Shown here: piece by piece, positions 35,595 to 45,462 of the stretch
Layout of the letters: every line of letters starts with the position of its first letter
Numbering within the stretch: position 1 is the first letter of the stretch
Origin: a virus
Reading direction: 5' to 3' (one strand)
DNA: 64,000 nucleotides
IMG/VR virus record: IMGVR_UViG_3300050821_007016
Coordinates: 10,648-74,647 of that record
Made by a program: the position numbers and the translations under genes
Notes under the pieces: generated by a model
What the model was told of the DNA's origin: nothing
The model's input: the letters and a program-made list of their open reading frames with translations, nothing else
Database searches by the model: none

Positions 35595-36643
35595 GCACCG
35601 CCTCCAGATTTATCAACGGATTGGCCATGTGCCGGAGCCACGGTGCGGGAATTCCACATTTCGACCGACTTCGCTTTACTATCAGTCGACGGAGGCGGCA
35701 GAAGCCGCTTCGCCAGCAGCTTATTGATAATCATGCAGGCTATGCTGTTAGATGTCGCTTCGGCAGCCCGGCCAGCGTTGATCAGGTCCTTGAGATTGCA
35801 AAGCAGATCGTCCCATGCCGGCTCTTTGGCGGTCCTATCAGTCGATGCAACAGGTATGAGAGCCAAAACATCGCGGGCGGCATGGCGCACGTTGCTGTAA
35901 GTGGTGCCTCCCGCGAGGGCATTAGCGATCGCGTTATGGATAGCGTTCTCGGTCGGAGCGTGGCGTTGGGCAATAGCGCCCACCTCCTGAAAGATGCCTT
36001 CGATAGTTTCGTCATCGCTTAGGAAGTCATCTTTGAACAGGCGCAGGAGTTCTTTCAGCTTCGGGCGCGCATCCTCTTGTGCCGGTGTTTGGGCACGAAG
36101 TCTCTGTAACTCGTCGTCCATCTCTGCGATCTTGTCCGCTTGATGTATAAGTTGCTGCGTTAACTGAGCGACGGACGTTGATTGGGCAGGAGCAGCGAAC
36201 CGCCCGAACTCTCGGAACATCGCTTTCAGTTCCTCAGTTGGCGCGGGAGGATTTTCGCAAGTCTCAATGAACTTATCGAATGCCTCCCGCGAGATGACCG
36301 TGTTGTGTTGTTGGGCAGGAAAGCCGAGGGCGGCGTTAATCGCGTCAAGCAGCCACTTCCGATCATCCTCAGTGGCCGGCCGGCGAAAATGCAGTTGGAT
36401 TATTCTGTCGTCCTCAGTCGAGCCTGACATAGCTTTGAGGTCAGGAGGGCCGCCGACCAAATAGGTGTCCTGCACTGGCTGGGCGTGTCCTTGGGCAACA
36501 CAGAGCCGATCATATTCGGCCAGTAGAACTTTGATGTCGTCGAACGGGCTATGATCGCCGAATTCTAGCGTGGGATCGTCCCCAGTCACGGAGGCGCGCA
36601 GGCGGCGGATCGCTTCGTGTTCTGTTGCAGGGGAAGTCAGCAT
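35591..36643 (-). CDS. Mosaic phage protein (DUF1778-like and Lar-like motifs)
   Basis: Lower-GC ORF; ISREAFDKFIETCENPPAPTEELK; VEMWNSR. Confidence 0.6.
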   Translation of the reverse strand: MLTSPATEHEAIRRLRASVTGDDPTLEFGDHSPFDDIKVLLAEYDRLCVAQGHAQPVQDTYLVGGPPDLKAMSGSTEDDRIIQLHFRRPATEDDRKWLLDAINAALGFPAQQHNTVISREAFDKFIETCENPPAPTEELKAMFREFGRFAAPAQSTSVAQLTQQLIHQADKIAEMDDELQRLRAQTPAQEDARPKLKELLRLFKDDFLSDDETIEGIFQEVGAIAQRHAPTENAIHNAIANALAGGTTYSNVRHAARDVLALIPVASTDRTAKEPAWDDLLCNLKDLINAGRAAEATSNSIACMIINKLLAKRLLPPPSTDSKAKSVEMWNSRTVAPAHGQSVDKSGGGA

Positions 36644-37035
36644 TCGATGCTCCCTTCGTCGGTCTTCTTCAGCAAACTCCGCAGCGGGTCCGCCATCGGC
36701 GTCGATGGCCGTTCTGGTTGGCGCAGGCCTCGCGCTCTCTTCTGGCGCTTGCGAGCCTCGGCCCTGCGCTGCTTGCGGGCTCCGTCGAGCCACCAGCCGG
36801 GGTTATCAGCCATGAACTCCTCCCACTCCGCCGCCGTGCGATCGGCCTTGACCATGTTGCAGACCCGGCAGCAGACCAGCGTGCGCGTCCCGCCCTTCGA
36901 GCGCGGGACCGGGTGGTGGTCCCTGGTCGGGCAGATGTCGACGTGGTCGACGCTCATCGGGCGCTCGCAGTAGGGGCATGGCTTGCCGTCGTGCTGCCTG
37001 TGGCGCTTCAGGTAGGCCTTGCTGCCGATCATCAT
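36637..37035 (-). CDS. HNH endonuclease
   Basis: CPYC...TRDHHPVPRSKGG...CCRVCNMVKAD. Confidence 0.85.
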   Translation of the reverse strand: MMIGSKAYLKRHRQHDGKPCPYCERPMSVDHVDICPTRDHHPVPRSKGGTRTLVCCRVCNMVKADRTAAEWEEFMADNPGWWLDGARKQRRAEARKRQKRARGLRQPERPSTPMADPLRSLLKKTDEGSIEC

Positions 37036-37276
37036 GGAATCCCCCGCTCGATCGCAGGATAAGCGAGCGGGCGCCGGCGGGCAAGCTTGTGAACAATTGT
37101 CGATCATGGCCGTTCCACTATGATGATCCGCTCATTCCTTAAAAACTCGGTTCGGCCATCCTCGAATTTTACTTCTGTTTTTCCCAATCGAAGAACATTC
37201 GGAATTGCAAAAACGACTTTCTGCCCATCGATCCTGTCGCCCGGAAGCACCCTGTCAGCTCTGGTCGTCATCTTTG

Positions 37277-37462
37277 TCATAGCGCACCCACCAACCAGCT
37301 GAGCGCGAGGCAGGCGAGCGCGATCATGACCAGCTCGGCCCCGCCGCTATGATCCGTCAGGTACGACAGGATGCCGAGCACGCCGCACATGATGCCAAGC
37401 GGGATAAGCAAGAGCCACGCGATCATGCGGGCGATGTCGACGGTTAGGATGATGACGTCCAT
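37277..37462 (-). CDS. Small membrane protein
   Basis: Two hydrophobic segments; GGAG RBS. Confidence 0.5.
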   Translation of the reverse strand: MDVIILTVDIARMIAWLLLIPLGIMCGVLGILSYLTDHSGGAELVMIALACLALSWLVGAL

Positions 37463-37577
37463 GTACCACTCCGTAACATTCCGACTCGACCTTTTATAGA
37501 AAAAAGTTCCTAAGCGCCACTGGACAAACCTGGCCGTGGCGGTAAAGGTGGCGCCCCCAGCGGGAGAGGCATCACAA

Positions 37578-37964
37578 ATGATTTCCAACCACAAGATTCT
37601 CCGCATGACCTTCGCGCAGCGTTCCCTTCTCATGCTGCACATCGACGGCGCGCTCGTGCCGATCATCGCCGGAGAGCACGTCAAGTCTCGCGCGGTGCTC
37701 ACCGCGTACCATCTGATCGAACCGGCGACGCGCCACTCCCGCCCGACCCACTCGATCGCCACCTGCGCCGGGCGCCACGCGATCGCCGTCCTGCTCGCAG
37801 CCGCGGCCGAGGAGCTGGCCCGGGCCGGCTACCTGGAGCTGGCGCCGAACGAGCCGGTGCTGGAGACCCTGCGGCGCTGGAAGGCTGCCCGGGTGGGCAA
37901 AACCGGCCCGGTCGGAGCCGAAACCGTCCAGTTTGGCGTATTGAGCCCCGAAAAGGGCGGCTGA
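37578..37964 (+). CDS. Hypothetical protein
   Basis: GGAGAGG RBS; downstream of the motif copy at 37499. Confidence 0.55.
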   Translation: MISNHKILRMTFAQRSLLMLHIDGALVPIIAGEHVKSRAVLTAYHLIEPATRHSRPTHSIATCAGRHAIAVLLAAAAEELARAGYLELAPNEPVLETLRRWKAARVGKTGPVGAETVQFGVLSPEKGG

Positions 37965-38087
37965 CCCACCCCACAATTCAGTGGACATCTAGCCGAAACC
38001 ACGCATTTATTGTCCTGCGATTTGGCGACTTTTTTCCCCAGATCGGCCCGGCGGCAATTAAGCCTTCCGGCCCAGCAGGAGATACCC

Positions 38088-39299
38088 ATGCTAGACGTCA
38101 CCAAGAGCAGCGAAACCAGCACGGCCTACCGAGTCGACCCGACCCGCGGCGGCCACAACGGCGAGGTCTCGATGCAATGGATGGCCCGCCCCGCGGACCA
38201 GCGATTCCTCTCCCTCGATGACCTCCACGACTACAAGCGCCAGTTCTGGATGGGCGCTTTCCAGACCAGAGCCAAGACCGACGCCTTCGAACTGATCGCC
38301 CCGGAGATCAAGGAGCAGGCGGACCTGCACCGCCTCACGGTCGGAGTCACCGTCGACCTCGGCGACACCAAGGACGCCCGCGAGATCGCGCCGACGCACT
38401 GGGCCTTCGGCCAGCTCGCCGGCCTCGCGAAGTCCCCGGCCTCCTTCCTCCGCGAATTGCCTAGCCCGCTCGTCAGCGACGTGCTGACCTGGAGGCTTCG
38501 CCATGCGCGCGAGATCGAGGAGGTGAAGTTATATGGCGGCTCCACCGAGCTATACGCGGCGACCGGCCCCGACTACGGCCGCATCCCCGACTTCGAGGTG
38601 GTGGAGGCGGTGCGGCAGGTCGCGGGCAGCGGCCGCGGCGAGATGCGCTGGAAGATTCCCGGCGTGCTCGACTGGAACACCAACATGTACAACCCCGACG
38701 CGCCGGTCACCAAGGACTCGACCAGCCTCTACGCTTCGGATCGGGACGTCTTCATGTTCCTCGTCGACGATCGCAACCCGATCGAGGTCGGCAAGCTGGC
38801 GTCCGGCGAGCCCGATTTGATGTTCAGGGGTTTCTACATCCAGAACAGCGAGATGGGATCGCGCAGCCTCAAATTGGCGTGCTTCTATCTCCGCGCGGTC
38901 TGCATGAACCGCAACCTCTGGGGCGTCGAGAACTTCGACGAGATCAAGATCAACCACACGCGGCTCGCCCCGGATCGCTGGCTGCAGCAGGCGGTCCCCG
39001 CGCTCAACTCCTACGCCAGCGGGTCTTCGGACAAGCTGATCGAGGGCGTCAAGCTGGCGAAGGCGACGAAGGTCGCCGACGACCATGAGAAGGCCGTCGA
39101 GTTCCTCACTGCCCGCAAGTTCTCCCTATCGAAGGCCAAGTCGATCTTGGAGCAGGGCGAGAAGGAGGAAGGCCACCCGCCGCGCTCGGCTTGGGATTTT
39201 GCTCAAGCCATTACTGCCAATGCCCGCAACGCCCTGAACACCGACGACCGGCTGGAGCAGGAGAAGCAGGCCCAGGCGATCCTCGACAAGGTCGCCTAG
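38088..39299 (+). CDS. DUF932-domain protein
   Basis: QWMARPADQRFLSL...PTHWAFGQL...TGPDYGRI...LYASDRDVF...NSEMG...CMNRNLWG; AGGAG RBS. Confidence 0.85.
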   Translation: MLDVTKSSETSTAYRVDPTRGGHNGEVSMQWMARPADQRFLSLDDLHDYKRQFWMGAFQTRAKTDAFELIAPEIKEQADLHRLTVGVTVDLGDTKDAREIAPTHWAFGQLAGLAKSPASFLRELPSPLVSDVLTWRLRHAREIEEVKLYGGSTELYAATGPDYGRIPDFEVVEAVRQVAGSGRGEMRWKIPGVLDWNTNMYNPDAPVTKDSTSLYASDRDVFMFLVDDRNPIEVGKLASGEPDLMFRGFYIQNSEMGSRSLKLACFYLRAVCMNRNLWGVENFDEIKINHTRLAPDRWLQQAVPALNSYASGSSDKLIEGVKLAKATKVADDHEKAVEFLTARKFSLSKAKSILEQGEKEEGHPPRSAWDFAQAITANARNALNTDDRLEQEKQAQAILDKVA

Positions 39300-39316
39300 T
39301 TTCAACCCCCAAACTC

Positions 39317-39346
39317 GGCGCCCGCTTCGGCGGGCGCTAATTTTTC
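39317..39346 (+). terminator. Rho-independent terminator
   Basis: gcgcccgc-TTCG-gcgggcgc followed by a T-rich tail. Confidence 0.7.
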
Positions 39347-39507
39347 AAAAGGAGGTTTAGCAGTGACGCTGAGGATCGAATGCGCGGCCGAGGGCTTCTT
39401 CTCAATCAAGCTGCGCGAGGTCGAGATCGAGACCGCCCCCCACACGGGGCGGACCTACTACATCCACGGCGGCCGGATCATCGCCGTCGCAACCAGGGAA
39501 GAGAACG

Positions 39508-40260
39508 ATGACGAACCAGAAACTAGATCAAGCGTTGGCCTTCCTGCAGGGCCGAAAGCTGGACGCGATGCTACTCGGGCCGGCCGATCGGATCACGGAG
39601 AACCAGAGCGTAAGCGATCAGGCGGTCGAATTGTTGGAGCAGATGCTTCCGGGCCAGAAACTCATGGTGGCGGACGGATTGCCGCCCACCGCGATCATCG
39701 CCCCGGAGGAGAGGAAGAACGCGTGGAAAGGCAAGCGGCCTCGACCCACGCACTCGATGCACTTCGAACAATCTTCGAAGAAGGAGGAGGACCCGGCGAC
39801 CAGAAAGCTCCGCAAGGAGCTGGCCGACGCGGAGGCGAAGAAGAAGGCCGAGCGCTTAGCGCGGCTGAATGAACTCAAACAGGCGGCCAAGGCTGCCGCA
39901 ACCCCGAAGGAGAGTACCATGAGTGCTGCTACCCACCACACCACCACGAAGGCCGATCAGGTGAAGGCCTTGCGCGTCAAGCGGGCGACGACCAAGGCCG
40001 CACCCAAGAAGGCCGCACCGGCGAAGCCGGCTAAGGCCAAGCAGACCGCAAAGGCGATCCCAGGCATCCGTCCTGGTTCCAAGTTGGAAATTGTGGCCGG
40101 CCTGTTGACCCGCAAGGAGGGTTGCACCACGGCCGACGTCCTCAAGGCCACCGACTGGCCGGCGGTCTCGATGCCGCAAATGGCGAAGTCGGCCGGGCTG
40201 AAGCTCCGCAAGGAGAAGGCCAAAGGGGAACCCACCCGGTATTATGGGACGGCGGCTTAG
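39508..40260 (+). CDS. Lys/Ala-rich protein with C-terminal DUF3489-like winged helix (possible internal start at 39919)
   Basis: GSKLEIVAGLLTRKEGCTTADVLKATDW...GLKLRKEK...RYY. Confidence 0.7.
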   Translation: MTNQKLDQALAFLQGRKLDAMLLGPADRITENQSVSDQAVELLEQMLPGQKLMVADGLPPTAIIAPEERKNAWKGKRPRPTHSMHFEQSSKKEEDPATRKLRKELADAEAKKKAERLARLNELKQAAKAAATPKESTMSAATHHTTTKADQVKALRVKRATTKAAPKKAAPAKPAKAKQTAKAIPGIRPGSKLEIVAGLLTRKEGCTTADVLKATDWPAVSMPQMAKSAGLKLRKEKAKGEPTRYYGTAA

Positions 40261-40285
40261 GAGGCTCGCTGGTGCGTTTAGAATG

Positions 40286-40312
40286 GCCGGGGCTAGGTGG
40301 CCCCGGCTTTTT
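40286..40312 (+). terminator. Rho-independent terminator
   Basis: gccggggc/gccccggc + TTTTT at a convergent junction. Confidence 0.7.
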
Positions 40313-40646
40313 CGTTCGGGCGCACGTACAGCCAGCGCCGCTCGATAGGGCGGCCTTCCACGCTGGCCCGATTGATACCCTGGAGCATCCCCTGGCTGAT
40401 CCCCCGGTCGCAATAAACCACCGTCGCCTCGGCGGCGATCCCCCAGGCCAGCCCAGCCTCAATCCCGAGCGCGCGCTCCTCGGGCCGGGCGTCGTCAAGA
40501 ATCCCCGGCCACAAGAGGTGACTCGCGAGTGGGCTTTCGTTTCGCAGCAGGCTGTCGAGCATCGCCTCCCGCGCGTACTGCTTGTTTCGTTCCGTTTCCA
40601 TTGGCGTGCTGCCGCGAAACGGCGACTCGAGGATTACGCGTCGCAT
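40293..40646 (-). CDS. DUF4406/DUF7768-like (nucleoside deoxyribosyltransferase-fold) protein
   Basis: VILESPFRG...ESPLASHLL...LDD..PEER..GI..GLAW...VVY.DRGIS.GM. Confidence 0.7.
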   Translation of the reverse strand: MRRVILESPFRGSTPMETERNKQYAREAMLDSLLRNESPLASHLLWPGILDDARPEERALGIEAGLAWGIAAEATVVYCDRGISQGMLQGINRASVEGRPIERRWLYVRPNEKAGAT

Positions 40647-41952
40647 CCTTGCCTCCCTTTCGTGCTTTGGTGATCTCGGCGAACGTGCGGCCATCGCCGG
40701 CCAGGACAGCTTCGGCCTTGGCGAAGGTCTGCCAGCGCTCGATGCAGACGTCGACATAAGCCGGGTTGATCTCGATCGCGATCGCGTAGCGGTTCATCAT
40801 CTCGGCTGCGATGATCGTGGTGCCGCTGCCGGCGAATGGCTCATAGACATAGTTGCCGGGCTTGCTGTTGTTCTGGATCGGGCGGCGCATGCACTCGATC
40901 GGCTTTTGGGTGCTGTGGCCTGTCTCCGAAGCCCGGTGTTCGATGTCCCACATCGTAGTCTGCTTGCGATCTCCGGACCACGCGCCCGTGGCGCCTTTGC
41001 GAACCAGATACCAGCACGGCTCGTGAGCCCAATGGTAGTCGCCTCGGCCGATGACCATCCGTCCTTTATTCCAGATAATCTGAGCGCGGACCTCGAAGCC
41101 CACAGATCGAAAAGAAAGATCGACGCTGCTGGCATGCCGACCGGCATGCCAGCAGTAAGCGACGTTGCCAGGAAACAGACTCCATGCCTCTCGCCAGTCC
41201 GATTGATCGTCGTTCTCGACTTTTCCGATCGCTCTCGCGCCGATTGGCTTGTCCGCTTTCCCGCTTCTTAGACGCTGAAAACCCCCATTGAGTGTTCGGC
41301 CGGCTTCGTTGCGCCAGTTTGCATCATACTCAACGCCATAGGGAGGATCGGTCACCATCAGATGCGGCTTCTTGCCATCCAGCACGCGCTCGACGTCCTC
41401 GGTCTTGGTGCTGTCGCCGCATAAGATCCGATGCTTGCCCAGCTGCCACAGATCGCCGACGCGGCTGATTGGTTTGACCGGCGGCTCCGGCGTGGCTTCG
41501 GGATCGGCGCCGTTCGGCACCGACAGAAACGATACCAGTTGCACATCATCGAAGCCGAGCAGCGGCATTTCGTAGCCGGCCAGCGACAGCTCGCTCAGTT
41601 CAATCCGCAGCAATTCTGGTGACCATGTCGACAGCAGCGCATAGCTGTTGTCCTTGATCCGATAGGCCCGCTTCTGCTCCTCGCTCCAGCCGCGCGCCAC
41701 TACGACCGGGTATTTCGCGAAAGCATTTTTCTCCGCGGCCAGCCGGCGGCCGTGGCCGTAGATGATCACGCCTTCCTCATCGACCAGGATCGGCGAGGTA
41801 ACGCCGTCGTCCTTCATCGAGCCCGCGATCAGATCGACCTGCTCTGGCGAATGCTGCCGCGGATTCCCGGGATACGGGATGATGCGCTCCAGCGCCCACA
41901 GCTCGGTCTTTGACGCAGGCCACGACTCTTCCATCGCCTTCGGTTTTTTCAC
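40495..41952 (-). CDS. ParB-N domain + N6-adenine/N4-cytosine DNA methyltransferase
   Basis: PYPGNPRQHS...GHGR; TDPPYG; HSTQKP; EPFAGSGTT. Confidence 0.92.
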   Translation of the reverse strand: MKKPKAMEESWPASKTELWALERIIPYPGNPRQHSPEQVDLIAGSMKDDGVTSPILVDEEGVIIYGHGRRLAAEKNAFAKYPVVVARGWSEEQKRAYRIKDNSYALLSTWSPELLRIELSELSLAGYEMPLLGFDDVQLVSFLSVPNGADPEATPEPPVKPISRVGDLWQLGKHRILCGDSTKTEDVERVLDGKKPHLMVTDPPYGVEYDANWRNEAGRTLNGGFQRLRSGKADKPIGARAIGKVENDDQSDWREAWSLFPGNVAYCWHAGRHASSVDLSFRSVGFEVRAQIIWNKGRMVIGRGDYHWAHEPCWYLVRKGATGAWSGDRKQTTMWDIEHRASETGHSTQKPIECMRRPIQNNSKPGNYVYEPFAGSGTTIIAAEMMNRYAIAIEINPAYVDVCIERWQTFAKAEAVLAGDGRTFAEITKARKGGKDATRNPRVAVSRQHANGNGTKQAVRAGGDARQPAAKRKPTRESPLVAGDS

Positions 41953-42141
41953 AGCGGATACCTCTGCGCGGAGTAATAGACCCTCGGCTTGCGCCGCCTC
42001 GGTGGCTTGTAGCTCATCAGGATAGCGCCGCGTCGCGCCAAGAGTAGAAGTGCAGGTCATCACGAAAAACGACCAAACGACCATCCTCAACATCATATGC
42101 CGCGCGATAACCGCGAACAATTGCAATCAATTTCCACAACA

Positions 42142-42585
42142 TCAGAACCCCTCCTTGAGTGACTCGGCCGCGTGCTCCTCGCGGGTCTTGCGCGGAGACA
42201 TTTGCCATTTGCGAGAGTCTACGTCGTAAACTAGCGACCGCTTGCCCTCGACCTCCTCGATCCGCCAGCCGAGCGACAGCATCAGCGAGAGCGAGACCGC
42301 CATTTCGGTCGCCGGCGGCTCCAGCCCAGCCCTCTTGTACTCGTCGATCAGCGCCATCTTGTTCGCCCGCATCGTGTGCTCCGTCGCCCTGGCGCGGGCT
42401 TCGGCCTCGCGCTTCGTCTCCTGCTCGTCCAGCTCGGCCATCCGCTCCTTGAAGCCGGCGTGCGCCACCTCGATCCGCGCGATCAGGTCAGCGCGGTCCT
42501 CCTCCTCGGGAAACTCCAGCGCGCGCTCGTAGCGCTTCCTGCGCTGGACCTTGTCGTACTCGGTCTCAAGGCCGTCGCGCTTCAT
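42142..42585 (-). CDS. Hypothetical coiled-coil protein
   Basis: 147-aa coupled ORF. Confidence 0.6.
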   Translation of the reverse strand: MKRDGLETEYDKVQRRKRYERALEFPEEEDRADLIARIEVAHAGFKERMAELDEQETKREAEARARATEHTMRANKMALIDEYKRAGLEPPATEMAVSLSLMLSLGWRIEEVEGKRSLVYDVDSRKWQMSPRKTREEHAAESLKEGF

Positions 42586-42746
42586 CTTGCGAAACTCGAC
42601 GACTCGTGGCCGCGCTTGCCGCGCCTGTGGCGATCGACCGCGGCCTTCTTGATCGGCCTGATGTTTCCCTCGCTCGTGGCGATGGCTCGCTTCAATTGCC
42701 GAACCGAACGGTTGTCGCGCAGCGAACGGTCAATTATCTTTTTCAT
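42582..42746 (-). CDS. Small basic protein
   Basis: GGAGG RBS; ATGA overlaps. Confidence 0.5.
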   Translation of the reverse strand: MKKIIDRSLRDNRSVRQLKRAIATSEGNIRPIKKAAVDRHRRGKRGHESSSFAR

Positions 42747-42994
42747 TTGATGCCTCCTCTTAGGTTCATCCACCGCATACCCGACGAGCAGCTCGCGTCA
42801 TAGACTAGAACCTGATCGCGGTAGCCGGGGTAGGCCAGCACGACGCGGCCCGAGAGCGGACCGTCCTCCTCGATCTTCTGCTGCACGACGCAGTTCTCCG
42901 GGATCGCCGGCGGAGGGAAAACCGCCAGCATCCCTACGACTATCACGCCAGAGATCAGCGCCGCGCCGGCCATGATCCGGTGCCCGTCCATCAT
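42743..42994 (-). CDS. Small membrane-anchored protein
   Basis: N-terminal TM segment; GGAGG RBS. Confidence 0.5.
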   Translation of the reverse strand: MMDGHRIMAGAALISGVIVVGMLAVFPPPAIPENCVVQQKIEEDGPLSGRVVLAYPGYRDQVLVYDASCSSGMRWMNLRGGIK

Positions 42995-43151
42995 GGCTTG
43001 ATCCTCCGGGGTGGGTCGCTCCGCAGGAAAGCCGCGAACGCGATCGCCACCACCGCGCTGACGGTGTGCGACGCGCCGGCCGCGTCGATGACCAGGTAGG
43101 CAATGCTGCCGTAGATGAACGCGGCGCTGCCCCAGTAAATCCCGTGACTGC

Positions 43152-43769
43152 TCAACATTTTTCTACCTCCGCCGTGAGAAGTTTCTGGGCGCTGTCGTAG
43201 GTGTCGCGATAGAGCCTAGTTTGTGTGGCGACGGCGGCCACGATCTCTGGGTCAGACGGAGGCCAATGTCGCTCGATCTTCTCGCCACTGTCGTACCCCT
43301 TAGTGCGGATCGTCTCGCACGTTCGAACGATCGCCCATGCCGGGTATTGCGTGAGAAGCGATCGGACCGATTCCACCCTTGCTGCGGCCTCGTCGGCGCC
43401 CTGCCTCATGGATGGGAAAGATCCGAACATGTCAAGCAGTGCAAGCGCAACCTCATCAAGCTCCGCTTCGTGAAAACCCTGAATCCACGGTTCAATCTCG
43501 GTCTTGCGCGCCGTCAACTGCGATCGCTCGGTCGCCGTCAGCGCGCGGCGCAGCTCCCTATTTCCGAAATCCGGTTTCCAAGCGCTCCACGCTTGCCGCG
43601 GTATCTCGATGTCCGTCTGCCGGTTCAATATCGATGGCATCGATTCCGAACGACGCCTGCTCAAAAGCATTTCTTTCCGCGATGCTTCGTCGGAGACGCG
43701 CTGCAAGTCCCGAGAAGCCAATTTTTGAATTACCATTCCCAACGGTTTCATGTCGTCTGATGTGCTCAT
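43152..43769 (-). CDS. Replication-associated protein (lambda P/helicase-loader position)
   Basis: YPAWAI...WPPSDPEI; downstream of the initiator; start uncertain. Confidence 0.55.
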   Translation of the reverse strand: MSTSDDMKPLGMVIQKLASRDLQRVSDEASRKEMLLSRRRSESMPSILNRQTDIEIPRQAWSAWKPDFGNRELRRALTATERSQLTARKTEIEPWIQGFHEAELDEVALALLDMFGSFPSMRQGADEAAARVESVRSLLTQYPAWAIVRTCETIRTKGYDSGEKIERHWPPSDPEIVAAVATQTRLYRDTYDSAQKLLTAEVEKC

Positions 43770-44463
43770 CGTCCCAGCATCCTTTGTTGAGCCAGACCTC
43801 CGGCGCTTTGGTGAACTGAGGTTCGGGCTGGCTATCGACGTAGTGTTTCAATCCCAGCATCAATTTGGTGAACGTGACGTCGCCGCGCTTTCTGATGGTG
43901 TCGAACTTTCGCTGCGCGGCGCCTTTTCCGGTCTTGCGACCGGGCGGGTAATACCTCCAAAAAATTTCGAACGCATTCGGCGGATAATCATCAGCGCGGG
44001 TCGGCTTGTCCGACCCCGCAGATTCTTTCTTAGGTATTGGCTCTGGTACTGGTTCTGGTATATGGGGGTTAGGCTCCGGTTGAACCTGATTTTTATTTCC
44101 TTTTGCTTTCAAAAGGTTCGGGTTTCCGCCAAGTCTGCCGTTGCTTCGACTCTTCTCGGCCCGAACCATCCTTCTACAGTAGATGATCCCCCTCCGGTCG
44201 CGGCTGAAAACGCCGTTTAGCTCCAGCTCCTGGAGGAGCGTGAAGACCTCGACCTCGGTGCTGCAGTTCGTCATCCGGGCGATCTCCACCTCGGTCAGCT
44301 TGCGGCCGTTGAGGGAGACGAAGCCGTGGTCCTTCCCCTTGTTCGCGCCGGCATAGCAGAGCAGGTCCATCCACAGTCCGCGCGCCGCCAGAGATGACGC
44401 CCGCAGGCCTGGGTCGCTGAGCCAGTCCGGGAAATAGAACCTCGTCGAAACCGTGCCACTCAT
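43558..44463 (-). CDS. Phage replication initiator (YdaU/DUF1376-like N-terminus, DnaD-like C-terminus)
   Basis: FYFPDWLSDPGLR.SSLAARGLWMDLLC...CRRMVR; FEIFWRYYP...APEVWLNKGCWDDE. Confidence 0.8.
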   Translation of the reverse strand: MSGTVSTRFYFPDWLSDPGLRASSLAARGLWMDLLCYAGANKGKDHGFVSLNGRKLTEVEIARMTNCSTEVEVFTLLQELELNGVFSRDRRGIIYCRRMVRAEKSRSNGRLGGNPNLLKAKGNKNQVQPEPNPHIPEPVPEPIPKKESAGSDKPTRADDYPPNAFEIFWRYYPPGRKTGKGAAQRKFDTIRKRGDVTFTKLMLGLKHYVDSQPEPQFTKAPEVWLNKGCWDDEHIRRHETVGNGNSKIGFSGLAARLRRSIAERNAFEQASFGIDAIDIEPADGHRDTAASVERLETGFRK

Positions 44464-44660
44464 GGGCGCCTCGCGGCCAGAAAGGCGTCGATCGCGTCCT
44501 GCGTGGCCTTGTCGATCACCTTGACCGCGTGCGAAGTCGGGCCGGCGGATGACTCCCGCGGCGTCGAGGCCTCGCGCAGGTCTATCCGCGCAAGCGCGTG
44601 CATGCGCCGCGCCTTGGTGCGCTTCTCATTTTCGTACGGACGCAAATTCCGCGGCATCAT
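44460..44660 (-). CDS. Hypothetical protein
   Basis: Coupled small ORF. Confidence 0.5.
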   Translation of the reverse strand: MMPRNLRPYENEKRTKARRMHALARIDLREASTPRESSAGPTSHAVKVIDKATQDAIDAFLAARRP

Positions 44661-45345
44661 CTTCCCCCATTAGGTCACAACCTATGAACTCGCGGCCCGC
44701 CAGCCGGCAGGCCTCCAGCACGACGTAGCCTCCGGCGCACGGATCAACGACGAGGTCGCCGCGCGCGGTGCAGCTGCGGATCAGCCGGTCGATCAGGACG
44801 TGCGGCTTGGCGTGGGCATGGCGAACGGCGTCCTTTCCCTCCGACCAGCAGTCGGGGATCGCCTTGTCGGACCAGGTCCCGCCGACCATCGTCGGAGGCT
44901 TCTGCGCCACGACCAGGTACTCGCTGGCGGCGCGCAGTCGCTTGCCCATGCCTATCCGCATCTTGTTCCAGGTGAGGAGGTCAACGACCTGCAGGCCGGA
45001 TCGGCGCAGCCATTTGAGGTGGGTCGCCGTGCCGATCGAAAACTTGTCGCACCATAGCATGAGGTAGCGCGACGGCTTCAGCACGCGGGCCGATTCCTCC
45101 GCGAAGAACGCTATGGTGTCGTCGGTCATCTGCGGGAGCCTGTGCCGCGCGGACTGCCGCGCCCCCTCGTTGCCTAGCTTCAGGTAGTCCAAGCCGGTGC
45201 GGTACTGCGGGTCACAGAAAACAAGCGATGCTATCCCGTCCGGCAATCGACCCAGCAGCTCGATCCCATTCATGCGCTGGCGCGCGTTGCGCCGTAGGCC
45301 TTTCAAATAAAGTAGGCGGCGGTCGCCACCTTTAAGGCTTGCCAT
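44626..45345 (-). CDS. DNA amino-methyltransferase (beta class, DPQY)
   Basis: VFCDPQY; HAHAKP; VVDPCAGG...REFIGCD. Confidence 0.85.
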   Translation of the reverse strand: MASLKGGDRRLLYLKGLRRNARQRMNGIELLGRLPDGIASLVFCDPQYRTGLDYLKLGNEGARQSARHRLPQMTDDTIAFFAEESARVLKPSRYLMLWCDKFSIGTATHLKWLRRSGLQVVDLLTWNKMRIGMGKRLRAASEYLVVAQKPPTMVGGTWSDKAIPDCWSEGKDAVRHAHAKPHVLIDRLIRSCTARGDLVVDPCAGGYVVLEACRLAGREFIGCDLMGEDDAAEFASVRK

Positions 45346-45462
45346 GTTCGGGAATCGGTTTACGCCTGCCTTGATTCGAAAAGGTAGCCATAGACCGCCA
45401 CCGAAGTCCAGCCTAGCGCGGGAACAAAAGTCGATAGCGTAGAATAGCGCGCACAACTCGGC

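Noticed and set aside
2-37300. Many long + strand ORFs (e.g. 26083..27981, 6585..7946) and Arg-rich alternative-frame ORFs
   Set aside because: They are antisense or shadow frames of recognisable minus-strand genes in GC-rich DNA, with no motifs or RBS.
39363-39872. 169-aa ORF overlapping the DUF3489 gene
   Set aside because: It has a good RBS and a plausible first ~45 aa, but the rest reads as a shadow frame; not confidently supported.
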